The position numbers and the translations under genes were made by a program. From NCBI GenBank assembly GCA_041649175.1, contig JBAZNR010000001.1, positions 847,497-911,496 of the forward strand: a stretch of 64,000 bases of DNA. Reading direction: 5' to 3'. The notes beneath the pieces are model-generated. The model was not told the origin of the DNA. It did no database searches and saw nothing but the letters and a program-made list of their open reading frames with translations. Shown in pieces: positions 34,978-45,642 of the stretch (position 1 is the stretch's first letter; each line of letters starts with the position of its first letter). This DNA is from Candidatus Omnitrophota bacterium (lineage in GTDB: Bacteria > Omnitrophota > Gorgyraeia > Zapsychrales > JBAZNR01).

Positions 34978-35454
34978 ATGAAGAATATTAATGCGTATTT
35001 TATGAAGTTAGCGATCCAAAAGGCCAGCCAAGGCGTTCAAAAAGGGCAAACGCCTTTCGGCGCGTGTATCGTTAAAAACGGCAAAGTGATCGCCTGCGCC
35101 CATAATACGGTTTGGAAGACGTCCGATAGCACGGCGCACGCGGAAATCAATGCTATCCGCTTGGCTTGCCGAAAATTAAAGACCATCAATCTATCCAAAT
35201 GCGTGATGTATTCGACCTGTGAACCGTGCCCGATGTGTTTTAGCGCTTGCCATTGGGCCGGGATCTCGAAGATTATTTTTGGCGCGCAGATCAAAGACGC
35301 GAAAAGATTTGGGTTCAACGAGCTGAGTGTTTCTTGCGCGACGATGAAGTCGCGTGGACATAGCAAGGTTCAATTGCAAGCGGGATGTTGCGCAAAAGAA
35401 AACCTGAATGTCTTTCGCTGTTGGTCCAAGCAAAAAAATAAAAAAGCTTATTAA
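34978..35454 (+). CDS. Zinc-dependent nucleoside/nucleotide deaminase of the CDA fold (TadA / guanine deaminase GuaD-like)
   Basis: 158 aa. HAEINAI zinc-binding His/Glu motif and ...TCEPCPMC... zinc-binding cysteine pair. Confidence 0.7.
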   Translation: MKNINAYFMKLAIQKASQGVQKGQTPFGACIVKNGKVIACAHNTVWKTSDSTAHAEINAIRLACRKLKTINLSKCVMYSTCEPCPMCFSACHWAGISKIIFGAQIKDAKRFGFNELSVSCATMKSRGHSKVQLQAGCCAKENLNVFRCWSKQKNKKAY

Positions 35455-35478
35455 CTTTTGTGATTTGCATTTATTTAA

Positions 35479-36789
<1,311 letters not shown>

Positions 36790-36812
36790 TTATAAAGGGA
36801 AAGTGTTTTACA

Positions 36813-37910
36813 ATGTTGAGCCGGAAATCATTCTTTGTTTTTTCTTTACTGATTTGTTTAACTATTAACAGCACAGCTTATGGACAAGGAGAAGCGATGG
36901 CTGATAAACATAAAAGTAGTAAAACACCAATTTGTGATCTTCCTTTAAGCGACGCGCAGCTTAAAAAGATCCTAACGCCGGAGCAATACCGGGTGATGAA
37001 AGAAAACGGAACGGAGCTACCCTTTGCTAATCCTTTTTGGAATAATAAAAAGGAAGGGATCTATGTGGATGCGATCACCGGGGATCCACTATTTAGCTCG
37101 ACGGATAAATTTGATTCCGGGACCGGCTGGCCGAGTTTTATCAAGCCGATCGATAAAGATGTGATCGTAGAGAAAGAGGATGAAAGCCACGGGATGCAGC
37201 GCATCGAGGCGCGTTCCAAGAAAAGTGACTCGCATTTAGGGCATGTCTTTGATGATGGGCCAAGCCCGACGGGATTGCGCTATTGCATTAATTCGGCGGC
37301 GCTTAAATTTATTCCGTTGGAAGAGATGAGTAAAAAAGGATACGAGGCGTATTTATATTTGTTCGAAAAGGATCCGAAAAGTGATAAAGCCAACAACGTG
37401 AGCAAAAAAACCCAAACGGCGACTTTTGGCATGGGATGTTTTTGGGGTGTTGAGTCAATTTTCCGGCAAGTGAAAGGCGTTTTGGATGTGTCGGTCGGAT
37501 ACATGGGGGGAAGTTTAAGAAATCCAACCTATGAAGATGTATGCACAAATATGACCGGCCATGCGGAAGTGGCTCAAATTATTTTTGACTCAGAAAAAGT
37601 TTCCTATGATCAGCTTTTGGAAGTTTTCTGGAATAATCATAATCCGACGACGTTAAATCAGCAAGGGCCGGATGTTGGGACGCAATATCGCTCGGTTATT
37701 TTTTATCATACGCCGGAGCAGGAAAAAATTGCGCTCGCATCTAAAAAGGCGATGGAAAGATCCGGCGAATTTGATTATCCTATTGTGACCGAAATATCTA
37801 AGGCTAAGGAATTCTATAAGGCGGAAGAATATCATCAGCGTTATTTTGAAAAACAGGGCATTGCGGAACCCATTTGCCATATTCCCAGAAAAAAGAAAGT
37901 GTCCAAGTAG
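36813..37910 (+). CDS. msrAB: Secreted bifunctional methionine sulfoxide reductase, MsrB (N-terminal) fused to MsrA (C-terminal)
   Basis: 365 aa. Signal peptide. MsrB motifs GTGWPSF ... [10 protein letters not shown] ... RYCINSAAL. MsrA motifs [12 protein letters not shown] ... [11 protein letters not shown]. Confidence 0.9.
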   Translation: MLSRKSFFVFSLLICLTINSTAYGQGEAMADKHKSSKTPICDLPLSDAQLKKILTPEQYRVMKENGTELPFANPFWNNKKEGIYVDAITGDPLFSSTDKFDSGTGWPSFIKPIDKDVIVEKEDESHGMQRIEARSKKSDSHLGHVFDDGPSPTGLRYCINSAALKFIPLEEMSKKGYEAYLYLFEKDPKSDKANNVSKKTQTATFGMGCFWGVESIFRQVKGVLDVSVGYMGGSLRNPTYEDVCTNMTGHAEVAQIIFDSEKVSYDQLLEVFWNNHNPTTLNQQGPDVGTQYRSVIFYHTPEQEKIALASKKAMERSGEFDYPIVTEISKAKEFYKAEEYHQRYFEKQGIAEPICHIPRKKKVSK

Positions 37911-37913
37911 ATA

Positions 37914-38630
37914 ATGGCACAAAAATTATTCCTTATTCCTAATTTTTTGCATGAAACATCCGGATCTGATGTGATGCCGGGATATATTAAGGAAATGATC
38001 AAACATGTGCGCGCTTTTTTGGCAGAAGACCAAAAAAGCGCGCAACGTTTTCTAAGGAAGATCGATTCTGCTTTTCCTCTTACCGAATGCCAATTCTTTT
38101 CGCTTAATGAACATACTAAGAAAAACGAAGCCGAAGAATATTTAAACATGTGCTTTGGCCAAGACATTGGCATTATTTCCGAATGCGGTATGCCTTGCGT
38201 GGCTGATCCGGGCGCGGATATTGTTTTGTTGGCTCATCAAAAGGATATGGAAATTATTCCTTTGATCGGCCCCTCATCCATTTTTCTCGCGCTTTGCGCT
38301 TCAGGCCTTAACGGACAGAATTTCTCCTTCAATGGATATTTACCCAAAGAACGCGATGAGCGCCTAAAGAAAATCAAATTTCTTGAACAGCGCTCGAACC
38401 AGGAAGGCCAAACCCAGATCTTTATGGAAACGCCTTATCGCAATGAACATTTATTTGAAGATATTCTTTCCTCTTGCCGCGAAACAACATGGCTTTGCGT
38501 GGCCTGCGATTTAACTTCTCCAACCCAAATGGTGAAAACTTTATCTATTAAAAACTGGAAAAAAGAAAAACCATCGCTCAATAAAAGACCCGCTATATTT
38601 CTTATTCAAACCCTAAGCCCTAATCCCTAA
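37914..38630 (+). CDS. SAM-dependent methyltransferase of the tetrapyrrole-methylase superfamily (RsmI-like)
   Basis: 238 aa. ...LFLIPNFL... N-terminus and ...ISECGMPCVADPGADIV... ...GPSSIFLALCASGL... motifs resemble RsmI/YraL-type 2'-O-methyltransferases. Confidence 0.5.
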   Translation: MAQKLFLIPNFLHETSGSDVMPGYIKEMIKHVRAFLAEDQKSAQRFLRKIDSAFPLTECQFFSLNEHTKKNEAEEYLNMCFGQDIGIISECGMPCVADPGADIVLLAHQKDMEIIPLIGPSSIFLALCASGLNGQNFSFNGYLPKERDERLKKIKFLEQRSNQEGQTQIFMETPYRNEHLFEDILSSCRETTWLCVACDLTSPTQMVKTLSIKNWKKEKPSLNKRPAIFLIQTLSPNP

Positions 38631-38638
38631 AAGCTTCT

Positions 38639-39292
38639 ATGTGTGGACGCTATTCTTTTATCAAAACAAACGCTAAAGAATTGGCTGAGCGTTTTGATCT
38701 TCTTGATCTTTCCATAAATGTGAAGCCTGATCATAATATTGCGCCGCTAGCCCAAGTTCCTGTTATTCTGAACACTTCTCCGAGGAGCTTAACGCTTCTT
38801 CGTTGGGGCCTTATTCCTTATTGGGCTAAAGATAAAGCGATCGGCAATAAGATGATCAATGCCCGTGCTGAAACGATCTTTGAAAAACCGTCTTTTAAAG
38901 ACCCTATCAGCCAAAAAAGATGTTTAATTTTAGCGGATGCGTTCTTTGAATGGAAAAAAGGGGGAACAAAAAAGAAGCCGTATAAAATTTCTCTTAAAAG
39001 TCAAGAGCCTTTTGCTTTTGCCGGGATTTGGGATCGTTGGATTTCTGGCGGCGAAGAGATCTTAAGCTGTTCCATCGTGACCACCGAACCAAATTCGCTT
39101 ATCGCTCCTATCCATCATCGTATGCCGGTTATCTTGCCGAAAGATTGCGAACAAAAATGGCTCAGCCGTCTTTCCCGGAAAGATATTGAGTTATTCTTAA
39201 AGCCGTTTGATAACAGTCAAATGAGCGTTGAGCCTGCCTTAAGCAATAATAACCCTTTGGAAGTTCCGATAATGGCTTCCTGGCCGTCATAA
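38639..39292 (+). CDS. yedK: SOS-response-associated peptidase (SRAP, YedK/HMCES family), abasic-site DNA-protein crosslinking protein
   Basis: 217 aa. Starts MCGRYS (catalytic Cys2). ...ADAFFEWKK... ...FAFAGIWD... ...HHRMPVIL... are the conserved SRAP motifs. Confidence 0.85.
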   Translation: MCGRYSFIKTNAKELAERFDLLDLSINVKPDHNIAPLAQVPVILNTSPRSLTLLRWGLIPYWAKDKAIGNKMINARAETIFEKPSFKDPISQKRCLILADAFFEWKKGGTKKKPYKISLKSQEPFAFAGIWDRWISGGEEILSCSIVTTEPNSLIAPIHHRMPVILPKDCEQKWLSRLSRKDIELFLKPFDNSQMSVEPALSNNNPLEVPIMASWPS

Positions 39293-39393
39293 TAAAATCA
39301 ATATACGCGCTATAGACAGCGATTGATGTGCGTATTAGAATGAATAAGCCCGAACATAAAACTCATTAAAGTGAAAAGATTTCGAAAAAAACG

Positions 39394-39735
39394 ATGAAAG
39401 AACGACGCGCCTTCCCAAGATTGCCCGTAGAATTACCGGCTCGCTGTGAATTATCCGGATCCCGCAATGCACCTTTTCCGGCGCTCGTCATTAATGTCGG
39501 GCACCAGGGGATCTGTATTACCGCTAAGCCTAAGCTAGAGCTTGAACAATTCTTGATCCTCCATATCCAAGTCAAACATAATGAAACAATGGTTATCAAA
39601 TCCCGAGTTGTCTGGTGCGAAGATATTGCCGGAACAGTCCAGCACAAAATCGGCCTTAAGATCATCAGCGCCAAGCCGGAAGATATTATGCGGCTTGTAC
39701 ATCTTTATCCGACGGAAAGCGAGGGAAAGGCATGA
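39394..39735 (+). CDS. PilZ-domain protein (c-di-GMP receptor candidate)
   Basis: 113 aa. N-terminal RRAFPR (RxxxR) and downstream ...INVGHQGICI... ((D/N)xSxxG-like) PilZ motifs. Stop overlaps the start of the next receiver gene. Confidence 0.55.
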   Translation: MKERRAFPRLPVELPARCELSGSRNAPFPALVINVGHQGICITAKPKLELEQFLILHIQVKHNETMVIKSRVVWCEDIAGTVQHKIGLKIISAKPEDIMRLVHLYPTESEGKA

Positions 39736-40091
39736 AAACGATTTTGGTTGTCGATGACGAACGTGATATTGTCAATACGTTGAAAGCTCGTTTAGAAGCT
39801 AATCAGTACAAGGTTTTGACCGCTTATGACGGCGATGAGGGCTTAAAATCCGTGGATCAAGAAAATCCGGATCTCATTATTTTGGATATTGGCATGCCCA
39901 AGATGGACGGATATACGTTTGTGCGCGAATTGCGAAGCAATGACTTAACATCTCGCATTCCGGTCGTGATCCTAACAGCCAAAGATAGACTGCAGGATAT
40001 TTTTAAACTAGAAGGCGTTAAAGATTATATTGTTAAGCCTTATGACTCGGCGGATCTCTTATCTAGAGTTAAAAAGATCTTGGGCGAGTAG
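39732..40091 (+). CDS. Stand-alone response-regulator receiver domain (CheY-like)
   Basis: 119 aa. ILVVDDE ... phospho-acceptor D in ...LIILDIGMP... ... T/K motifs VVILTAK...KP. Confidence 0.85.
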   Translation: MKTILVVDDERDIVNTLKARLEANQYKVLTAYDGDEGLKSVDQENPDLIILDIGMPKMDGYTFVRELRSNDLTSRIPVVILTAKDRLQDIFKLEGVKDYIVKPYDSADLLSRVKKILGE

Positions 40092-40142
40092 AAACATACT
40101 TAGCGAAAACCTTTCCTGCTGCATGTTCCCGAATTTAAAACA

Positions 40143-41276
40143 ATGATCGAAAATTCAGTTAATCACCGGCATTATCCTTTTCTTGATGGGTTTAGGGCGG
40201 TCGCTATTCTTGGCGTTTTACTAGCGCATATCGTTCTTTTTTTTGGCATCAAGTCTATGCCGGGAGCTATTTGCCGGGCGTTTACTCTCGTAGGGTCGCT
40301 GGGGCATTTAGGTGTTGATATATTTTTTGTTATCAGCGGTTTTCTCATTACGGGCGTTTTAATAAAAGATTTTGAGTCCAGTGCTGTTGACATCAAGCGT
40401 TTTTATGTACGAAGATTTTTTAAGATCATACCTCAGTACCTGCTTGTCGTTGTGCTTGGTTTAGGCCTGCTGGAATTATTAAAAATAAAATTCGGATTTA
40501 ATAAATATTATGGGCCGATATCCTATGCCGGCTATTTTCTGTATTTCCAGAATTATGTTAAACCGATCTTTACCTTGGCGCATGGTTGGTCTTTAGCCAT
40601 TGAAGAGCATTACTACCTTCTTTATCCGCTTTTTGTCCAAGGCGTGTTTTTTGTAAGCCGTCATCCCATGAGGCGACGCCAACTTCTTATCGGTGCCTGT
40701 ATTTTCTTGATCATTTTGACGATCGCGGGACGCCACAGTGCCGGCGGTCAGGACTTCTTATCCTCATGGCTGAGAGTGCGCGAGTACGAGCTAACAACTC
40801 TTTATCGCATTGATGCCATTATGTTTGGGTGTCTATTAAAGTTCCTTGAACCATTTTATGAGAATATTTCTTCCAAGATAAAAATTTTCTTTAGTTCAGG
40901 GATGTTCTTAGCTGGCGCCGGAATTGCTTTTTACCTAGCAAGCGCCATCCAGGAAGATCACAGTTTGCTTTGTTGGGATAAATATGTTTTAGCCTATCTT
41001 GCGACCGGATTTGTTTTTTTGGCTGTTTATGTAGGAGGCGTAAGGTCATTAAATTTTATTTTTGAGAATAAGCTCATAAGGTCTATCGGCGTTATTTCCT
41101 ATGCGCTGTACCTTTGGCACTATCCGCTGATCATCCTTTTTTCTAAGGGAATTCCGGTATTTGGTGTTTGGATTTGCCTATCGTCTTATTTAATCGCGAC
41201 ATTTGTTATCGGGTATTTATCCACCAACATTATTGAGAAATATTTCTTGAAGATAAGAGATAAAATAGCCCCTTAG
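40143..41276 (+). CDS. Acyltransferase family 3 (OafA/YrhL-type) integral membrane protein
   Basis: 377 aa, about 10 TM. The N-terminal ...FLDGFRAVAILGVLLAHI... is the acyltransferase_3 signature. Confidence 0.75.
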   Translation: MIENSVNHRHYPFLDGFRAVAILGVLLAHIVLFFGIKSMPGAICRAFTLVGSLGHLGVDIFFVISGFLITGVLIKDFESSAVDIKRFYVRRFFKIIPQYLLVVVLGLGLLELLKIKFGFNKYYGPISYAGYFLYFQNYVKPIFTLAHGWSLAIEEHYYLLYPLFVQGVFFVSRHPMRRRQLLIGACIFLIILTIAGRHSAGGQDFLSSWLRVREYELTTLYRIDAIMFGCLLKFLEPFYENISSKIKIFFSSGMFLAGAGIAFYLASAIQEDHSLLCWDKYVLAYLATGFVFLAVYVGGVRSLNFIFENKLIRSIGVISYALYLWHYPLIILFSKGIPVFGVWICLSSYLIATFVIGYLSTNIIEKYFLKIRDKIAP

Positions 41277-41309
41277 GATGCAAGCATATCTTTATTGAGA
41301 GATTGAATA

Positions 41310-42071
41310 ATGACAACAGCTCCATTTTTAAAACCTTTTGAACCGCCCGAGCTATTATCCGTTTGCCGACGCGCCGGGAAGGCTATCGGTGATTATCAGA
41401 TGATCGGTGCCGGTGATAAAATCGCGGTGGCGGTTTCCGGAGGGAAAGACAGTATTTCGCTTCTGCATGTTTTACGGCGCTTAAGAAAAGTTTCTCCGGT
41501 CAAATTTGATTTTACGGCTGTTCATATTGATTTTGAATTTTCCGATTTTAATCCTCAGAAGCTGATCGAATATTTGGAGCGTGAGGGATTTTCCTATTGC
41601 GTGGAAAAAGTTACATCGCTCAAAGGCGAACAATGGGAGGAGATCGACTGTTTTTGGTGGTCGTGGAATAGGCGCAAAGCTCTTTTTGAATTCGCCGAAA
41701 GGCAAGGCTTTACCAAGATCGCCTTCGGCCACCATATGGATGATATTGTGGAGACGATCATTCTTAATCAATTTTACCGCGGCGAGATAGGAGCGATGCG
41801 CCCCAAGCAAGTCCTTTTCGATGGGAAAATCACCGTTATTCGCCCTCTAGCTTATGAGCGGGAAGAAAATATGCGCGTTTTAGCGCAAAAACTAGACATT
41901 CAATCGATCGGTGGCCAATCCAAATGCGCCAATGACGAAACGTCTCACCGGATGCTCATCAAAAAGATGCTGCATCAATTTGAGCAGGACAATCCGCAGG
42001 TCATCAAGAATATTTTCCGCAGTCTTCAGAATATTAAAACGGAATATTTACTGGATAAAGAAAAGAAATAG
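41310..42071 (+). CDS. PP-loop ATP pyrophosphatase (TtcA/TilS-like tRNA-modification enzyme)
   Basis: 253 aa. SGGKDS PP-loop at ...IAVAVSGGKDSISLLHVL... and GHHMDDIVETI motif. Confidence 0.6.
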   Translation: MTTAPFLKPFEPPELLSVCRRAGKAIGDYQMIGAGDKIAVAVSGGKDSISLLHVLRRLRKVSPVKFDFTAVHIDFEFSDFNPQKLIEYLEREGFSYCVEKVTSLKGEQWEEIDCFWWSWNRRKALFEFAERQGFTKIAFGHHMDDIVETIILNQFYRGEIGAMRPKQVLFDGKITVIRPLAYEREENMRVLAQKLDIQSIGGQSKCANDETSHRMLIKKMLHQFEQDNPQVIKNIFRSLQNIKTEYLLDKEKK

Positions 42072-42085
42072 AGGCTCTTAGTCTC

Positions 42086-42700
42086 ATGGAACGAATGAAC
42101 GCGATCCTAAACTTTTGGTTTGAGAATATCAGCGACGAAACGCATATTGATAAAAACAAAATGCCGTTTAAGAAATGGTTTATGAAAGACAAGAACTTTG
42201 ACGCGCAAATAAAGAAAGAATTTGAACCCGATCTTGGACTGGTGAAATCGGGTGGATATAAGATGTGGGAAAAATCTTCGCGTGGAAGATTGGCGCTCAT
42301 TATTCTTTGTGATCAGTTGTCCCGCAATATGTATCGCGATAGTTCACGTATGTTCGAAACGGATCCGTTGGCTTTGGAATTGTCTTTGCGCTCAGTTAAC
42401 GATCGATCTGACGAGGAGCTTAGGTTGATCGAGAGGGTTTTTCTGTATATGCCATTTCAGCATGCGGAAGATCTAAAAATTCAGGAAATTTCGCTTAAAG
42501 TTTTTTCTGAACTTGTCCAAGAAGTCCGGATAAAAAATCCCGGCAATGTTTCCTATTATGAATATACGCTTCAATTTGCCAAGCGGCATTTTGACATTAT
42601 TAAAAGGTTTAACCGCTTTCCTCACCGTAATAAAATCTTAGGACGCGCGTCAACTTTGGAAGAGCAGGAATTCTTAAAGAATCCGGGATCGGGATTTTAA
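42086..42700 (+). CDS. DUF924-family protein
   Basis: 204 aa. ...LIILCDQLSRNMYRDSSRMFETDPLAL... matches the conserved core of DUF924. Confidence 0.5.
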   Translation: MERMNAILNFWFENISDETHIDKNKMPFKKWFMKDKNFDAQIKKEFEPDLGLVKSGGYKMWEKSSRGRLALIILCDQLSRNMYRDSSRMFETDPLALELSLRSVNDRSDEELRLIERVFLYMPFQHAEDLKIQEISLKVFSELVQEVRIKNPGNVSYYEYTLQFAKRHFDIIKRFNRFPHRNKILGRASTLEEQEFLKNPGSGF

Positions 42701-42702
42701 AA

Positions 42703-43131
42703 ATGAGAAAAAAGATTAAAATACTGTGTTTTTCTTTATTCTTCTTAAGTTTGTGCTGGGTTTTGCCCGGCTGCGCGCAAAAAACCGGTATTTCATTAAG
42801 CTCCGAAAATCAAATCGCCCAGGCCTTTCAAAAAGGCGAATCAAACTTTTTTGTTGAGTCAAAAGGCACCGTAGAAAAGCTTTTGTCCGATGATGAAAAA
42901 GGGAGCCGTCATCAACGGTTTTTGCTTCGCCTAAATAATGGCCATGTTATTTTAATTGCGCATAATATTGATCTAGCGCCGCGCGTTGATTTATTGAAAG
43001 CGGGTGATGAAGTTTCTTTTCGCGGCGAATATGAATGGAATAATAAAGGCGGCGTTGTCCACTGGACGCATTATGACCCCAAAGGCCGTAAAGGCGGCTG
43101 GCTTGAGCACGGCGGGCATCGTTATCAATAA
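42703..43131 (+). CDS. Small lipoprotein (DUF3465-like)
   Basis: 142 aa. Lipobox ...LPGCAQ. ...SRHQRFLLRLNNGHVILIAHNIDLAPRV...GEYEWNNKGGVVHWTHYDP... resembles DUF3465. Confidence 0.45.
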   Translation: MRKKIKILCFSLFFLSLCWVLPGCAQKTGISLSSENQIAQAFQKGESNFFVESKGTVEKLLSDDEKGSRHQRFLLRLNNGHVILIAHNIDLAPRVDLLKAGDEVSFRGEYEWNNKGGVVHWTHYDPKGRKGGWLEHGGHRYQ

Positions 43132-43183
43132 AATATAATAGTTTTATTTTCGTTATCAGGCTTTGTGATAGAATAATTTTTAC

Positions 43184-44551
43184 ATGCGTAAAATTATTCT
43201 CGTGATTTTTTTCTTTATCCTCGGGCATTCTTCCCTTTGGGCGCAGGAAAAACTGTATTATGCCGCGCCAACTCTCCTTCCTAATACAACCAGAGAAATG
43301 AAAACGGCCGGTTTTTGGATCAGCCGGCATCCCGACCCGGATAGGATTATCTTAAGCTCATCGGAAATTATTAAGTTTAACGAACGCCTGGAAAGCCCTT
43401 TGAATCTTAATAAAGATATTCTTAAGACTTCTTCTGTTGTATCTGGCGATGATCTTAAGAAGACCTTAGAGGGATGGATCGGGGATTTTAAAGGAAAGAA
43501 TTTCTACCATCATGATGGAACGAAGGCCGACGATGATTATTATGAAAGTATAAAAATAAGAATGAACCTCGGCGCGATCTCTAAAGAGATCGCGCCGCAA
43601 TTTGGGCTGATCGTTCGTTTTGCCGATCAGCGTTTCTTTCCTGCCGCAGAGCCGCTTTACCGTAATTTAGGCGACTACGATTTTGATGAGCTGCAAAATA
43701 GCGATCTGGATATCGCGACAGCTGTTGTTATTTTGCACCAAAGCCTGGATAAAAATTGGTATTTTGTCCAATCCAGTATTAGTGAAGGTTGGGTTCAAAA
43801 AGAAACAGTTGCCGTTACAACGCGTGACGAATTAAAGAAGTTTGCATCAAAACTTCCGTTTGCCGTCGTCGTAAATCCTAAAGCTGATATTTATTTAGAC
43901 AAAGAGCTAACGCATTATCATGATTATGCGCGCATGGGCGCTAAATTCCCAATGCATGGCAAAAGTGCTTTGGATAAAATCGGTATTCTTTTACCCGTTC
44001 GAACCAGCGAGGGGGCCTTGGCTCTCAAAAGTGCTCATCTGCGAAAAGAAGATGCTCATGCCGGTTATTTTTCGTTTACGGCGAGAAATATTATTGACCA
44101 GGCTTTTAAATTGCTTAATGCTCCTTACGGCTGGGGCGGGATGCGCGGCGAACAAGATTGTTCCCGCTTTTTGCACCAAGTTTTTGATACCGTCGGAATT
44201 AATCTGCCGCGTAACTCCAAAGAACAAATTCAATCCGGACATTTGCTTGGTGAGTTTTTTAACGACACAACAGATGAGCAAAAACTTTTGTTGATGAAAA
44301 AAGAAGCCGTGGGTGGCATAACGTTTTTTGGGATCAGAGGCCACATTATGTTGTTTTTGGGAACGGTTGAGGAAAATCCTTTTGTCATTCATGCCACCTG
44401 GGGCTATCGGGAGAAACAGGGCTCAGAAGAAGTTACTCGCGTCATTAATCGTGTTTGTGTTTCGGATCTTTCTTTAGGGAAGAATTCCAGCCGAGGATCA
44501 CTTTTACAGCGGATCAATAAAATCATGACATTTTCTCATCTCCAGCAATGA
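43184..44551 (+). CDS. Secreted NlpC/P60-family peptidoglycan endopeptidase with N-terminal SH3b-like region (YkfC-like gamma-D-Glu-L-Lys endopeptidase candidate)
   Basis: 455 aa. Signal peptide. C-terminal NlpC/P60 core ...APYGWGGMRGEQDCSRFLHQVF... with catalytic Cys, and a downstream His. Followed by the epimerase gene with a 4-nt overlap. Confidence 0.65.
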   Translation: MRKIILVIFFFILGHSSLWAQEKLYYAAPTLLPNTTREMKTAGFWISRHPDPDRIILSSSEIIKFNERLESPLNLNKDILKTSSVVSGDDLKKTLEGWIGDFKGKNFYHHDGTKADDDYYESIKIRMNLGAISKEIAPQFGLIVRFADQRFFPAAEPLYRNLGDYDFDELQNSDLDIATAVVILHQSLDKNWYFVQSSISEGWVQKETVAVTTRDELKKFASKLPFAVVVNPKADIYLDKELTHYHDYARMGAKFPMHGKSALDKIGILLPVRTSEGALALKSAHLRKEDAHAGYFSFTARNIIDQAFKLLNAPYGWGGMRGEQDCSRFLHQVFDTVGINLPRNSKEQIQSGHLLGEFFNDTTDEQKLLLMKKEAVGGITFFGIRGHIMLFLGTVEENPFVIHATWGYREKQGSEEVTRVINRVCVSDLSLGKNSSRGSLLQRINKIMTFSHLQQ

Positions 44552-45618
44552 ACACTTTTATAAAAAACGTTAAAGTTTCCGTTGTTAAAGCGCCTCTTAT
44601 CCAGTCGTTTCGCACTGCCAAGGGAACGCACGATTTCCTTGAAAACATTTTCTTTACTATCACGCTTACCGACGGTACCAAAGGTTTCGGAGAAGCGGCG
44701 GTCGCACAGCACATTACCGGAGAAACGATTGAGCAGACACTGCGTCATTTAAGATCCATCAAAAATGAGATCATCGGAAAAGAAATTTTTGATTATCTGG
44801 CCATTTCTTTATCATTGTACGGAAGATTTTCTGCCAATCGTTGCGCTATCGCGGCTGTTGAAATGGCCTTGCTGGATGCCTTAACCAGAAAGATCAATGT
44901 TCCTTTATGGCGGTTTTTTGGGCCTAGCCCTAAGAAGATCACCAGTGATGTCACCATCGTGATCGCCGATCTAAACGAAACGGAAAAAATGACGCAGCGG
45001 TTTTTTCGGCAGGGTTTTCGCGCTTTTAAGATAAAAGTCGGGCGTGATTTCGACTTAGACATTAAAAGAGTTTTATTGATCAAAAAGATCATCCGTAACT
45101 GTGAATTCTATATTGATGCCAATCAAGGGTATTCGGCCGATGAAACACTTTCCTTTGTTAAAACACTGAGGCGTTTTAAAGCCATTCCTTCCTTGATCGA
45201 ACAGCCCGTTCCTAAAAAAGACTGGGAAGGATTAAAGAAGGTTACTCGGCTTAGCAAAATTGCTGTTTGTGCCGATGAAAGCGTTTCAACCTTGGTAGAT
45301 GCCAATAAAGCTATTCGTGAAAAAGCCTGTCATGCGGTGAATATCAAGCCGATGAAATTCGGGCTTTTGCAAGCCAGGGAAGTCGCGCATTTGTGCAAAG
45401 CTAACCGGATAAAGCTGATGATGGGCGGCATGATGGAAACGTCTCTAGCCATGACAGCTTCGGCACATTTAGCCGCCGGATTAGGTTACTTTGACTTCAT
45501 TGATCTTGATACGCCTTTTTTTATTAAAGGAAAATACGCCGGTAGCCCTTACCTGAGCCATAGCGGAACATATGATTTAAGCTCAGCCAAGCCGGGCATC
45601 GGGATCCAGTTTAAGTAA
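44548..45618 (+). CDS. L-Ala-D/L-Glu dipeptide epimerase (enolase superfamily, YkfB-like)
   Basis: 356 aa. Enolase-superfamily metal ligand and base motifs ...FKIKVG..., ...YIDANQGY..., ...LIEQP..., ...ADES... . Gene order with the NlpC/P60 gene mirrors the Bacillus ykfB-ykfC arrangement. Confidence 0.75.
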   Translation: MNTFIKNVKVSVVKAPLIQSFRTAKGTHDFLENIFFTITLTDGTKGFGEAAVAQHITGETIEQTLRHLRSIKNEIIGKEIFDYLAISLSLYGRFSANRCAIAAVEMALLDALTRKINVPLWRFFGPSPKKITSDVTIVIADLNETEKMTQRFFRQGFRAFKIKVGRDFDLDIKRVLLIKKIIRNCEFYIDANQGYSADETLSFVKTLRRFKAIPSLIEQPVPKKDWEGLKKVTRLSKIAVCADESVSTLVDANKAIREKACHAVNIKPMKFGLLQAREVAHLCKANRIKLMMGGMMETSLAMTASAHLAAGLGYFDFIDLDTPFFIKGKYAGSPYLSHSGTYDLSSAKPGIGIQFK

Positions 45619-45642
45619 ATCCATTAAGGAGAGAATGATCTT

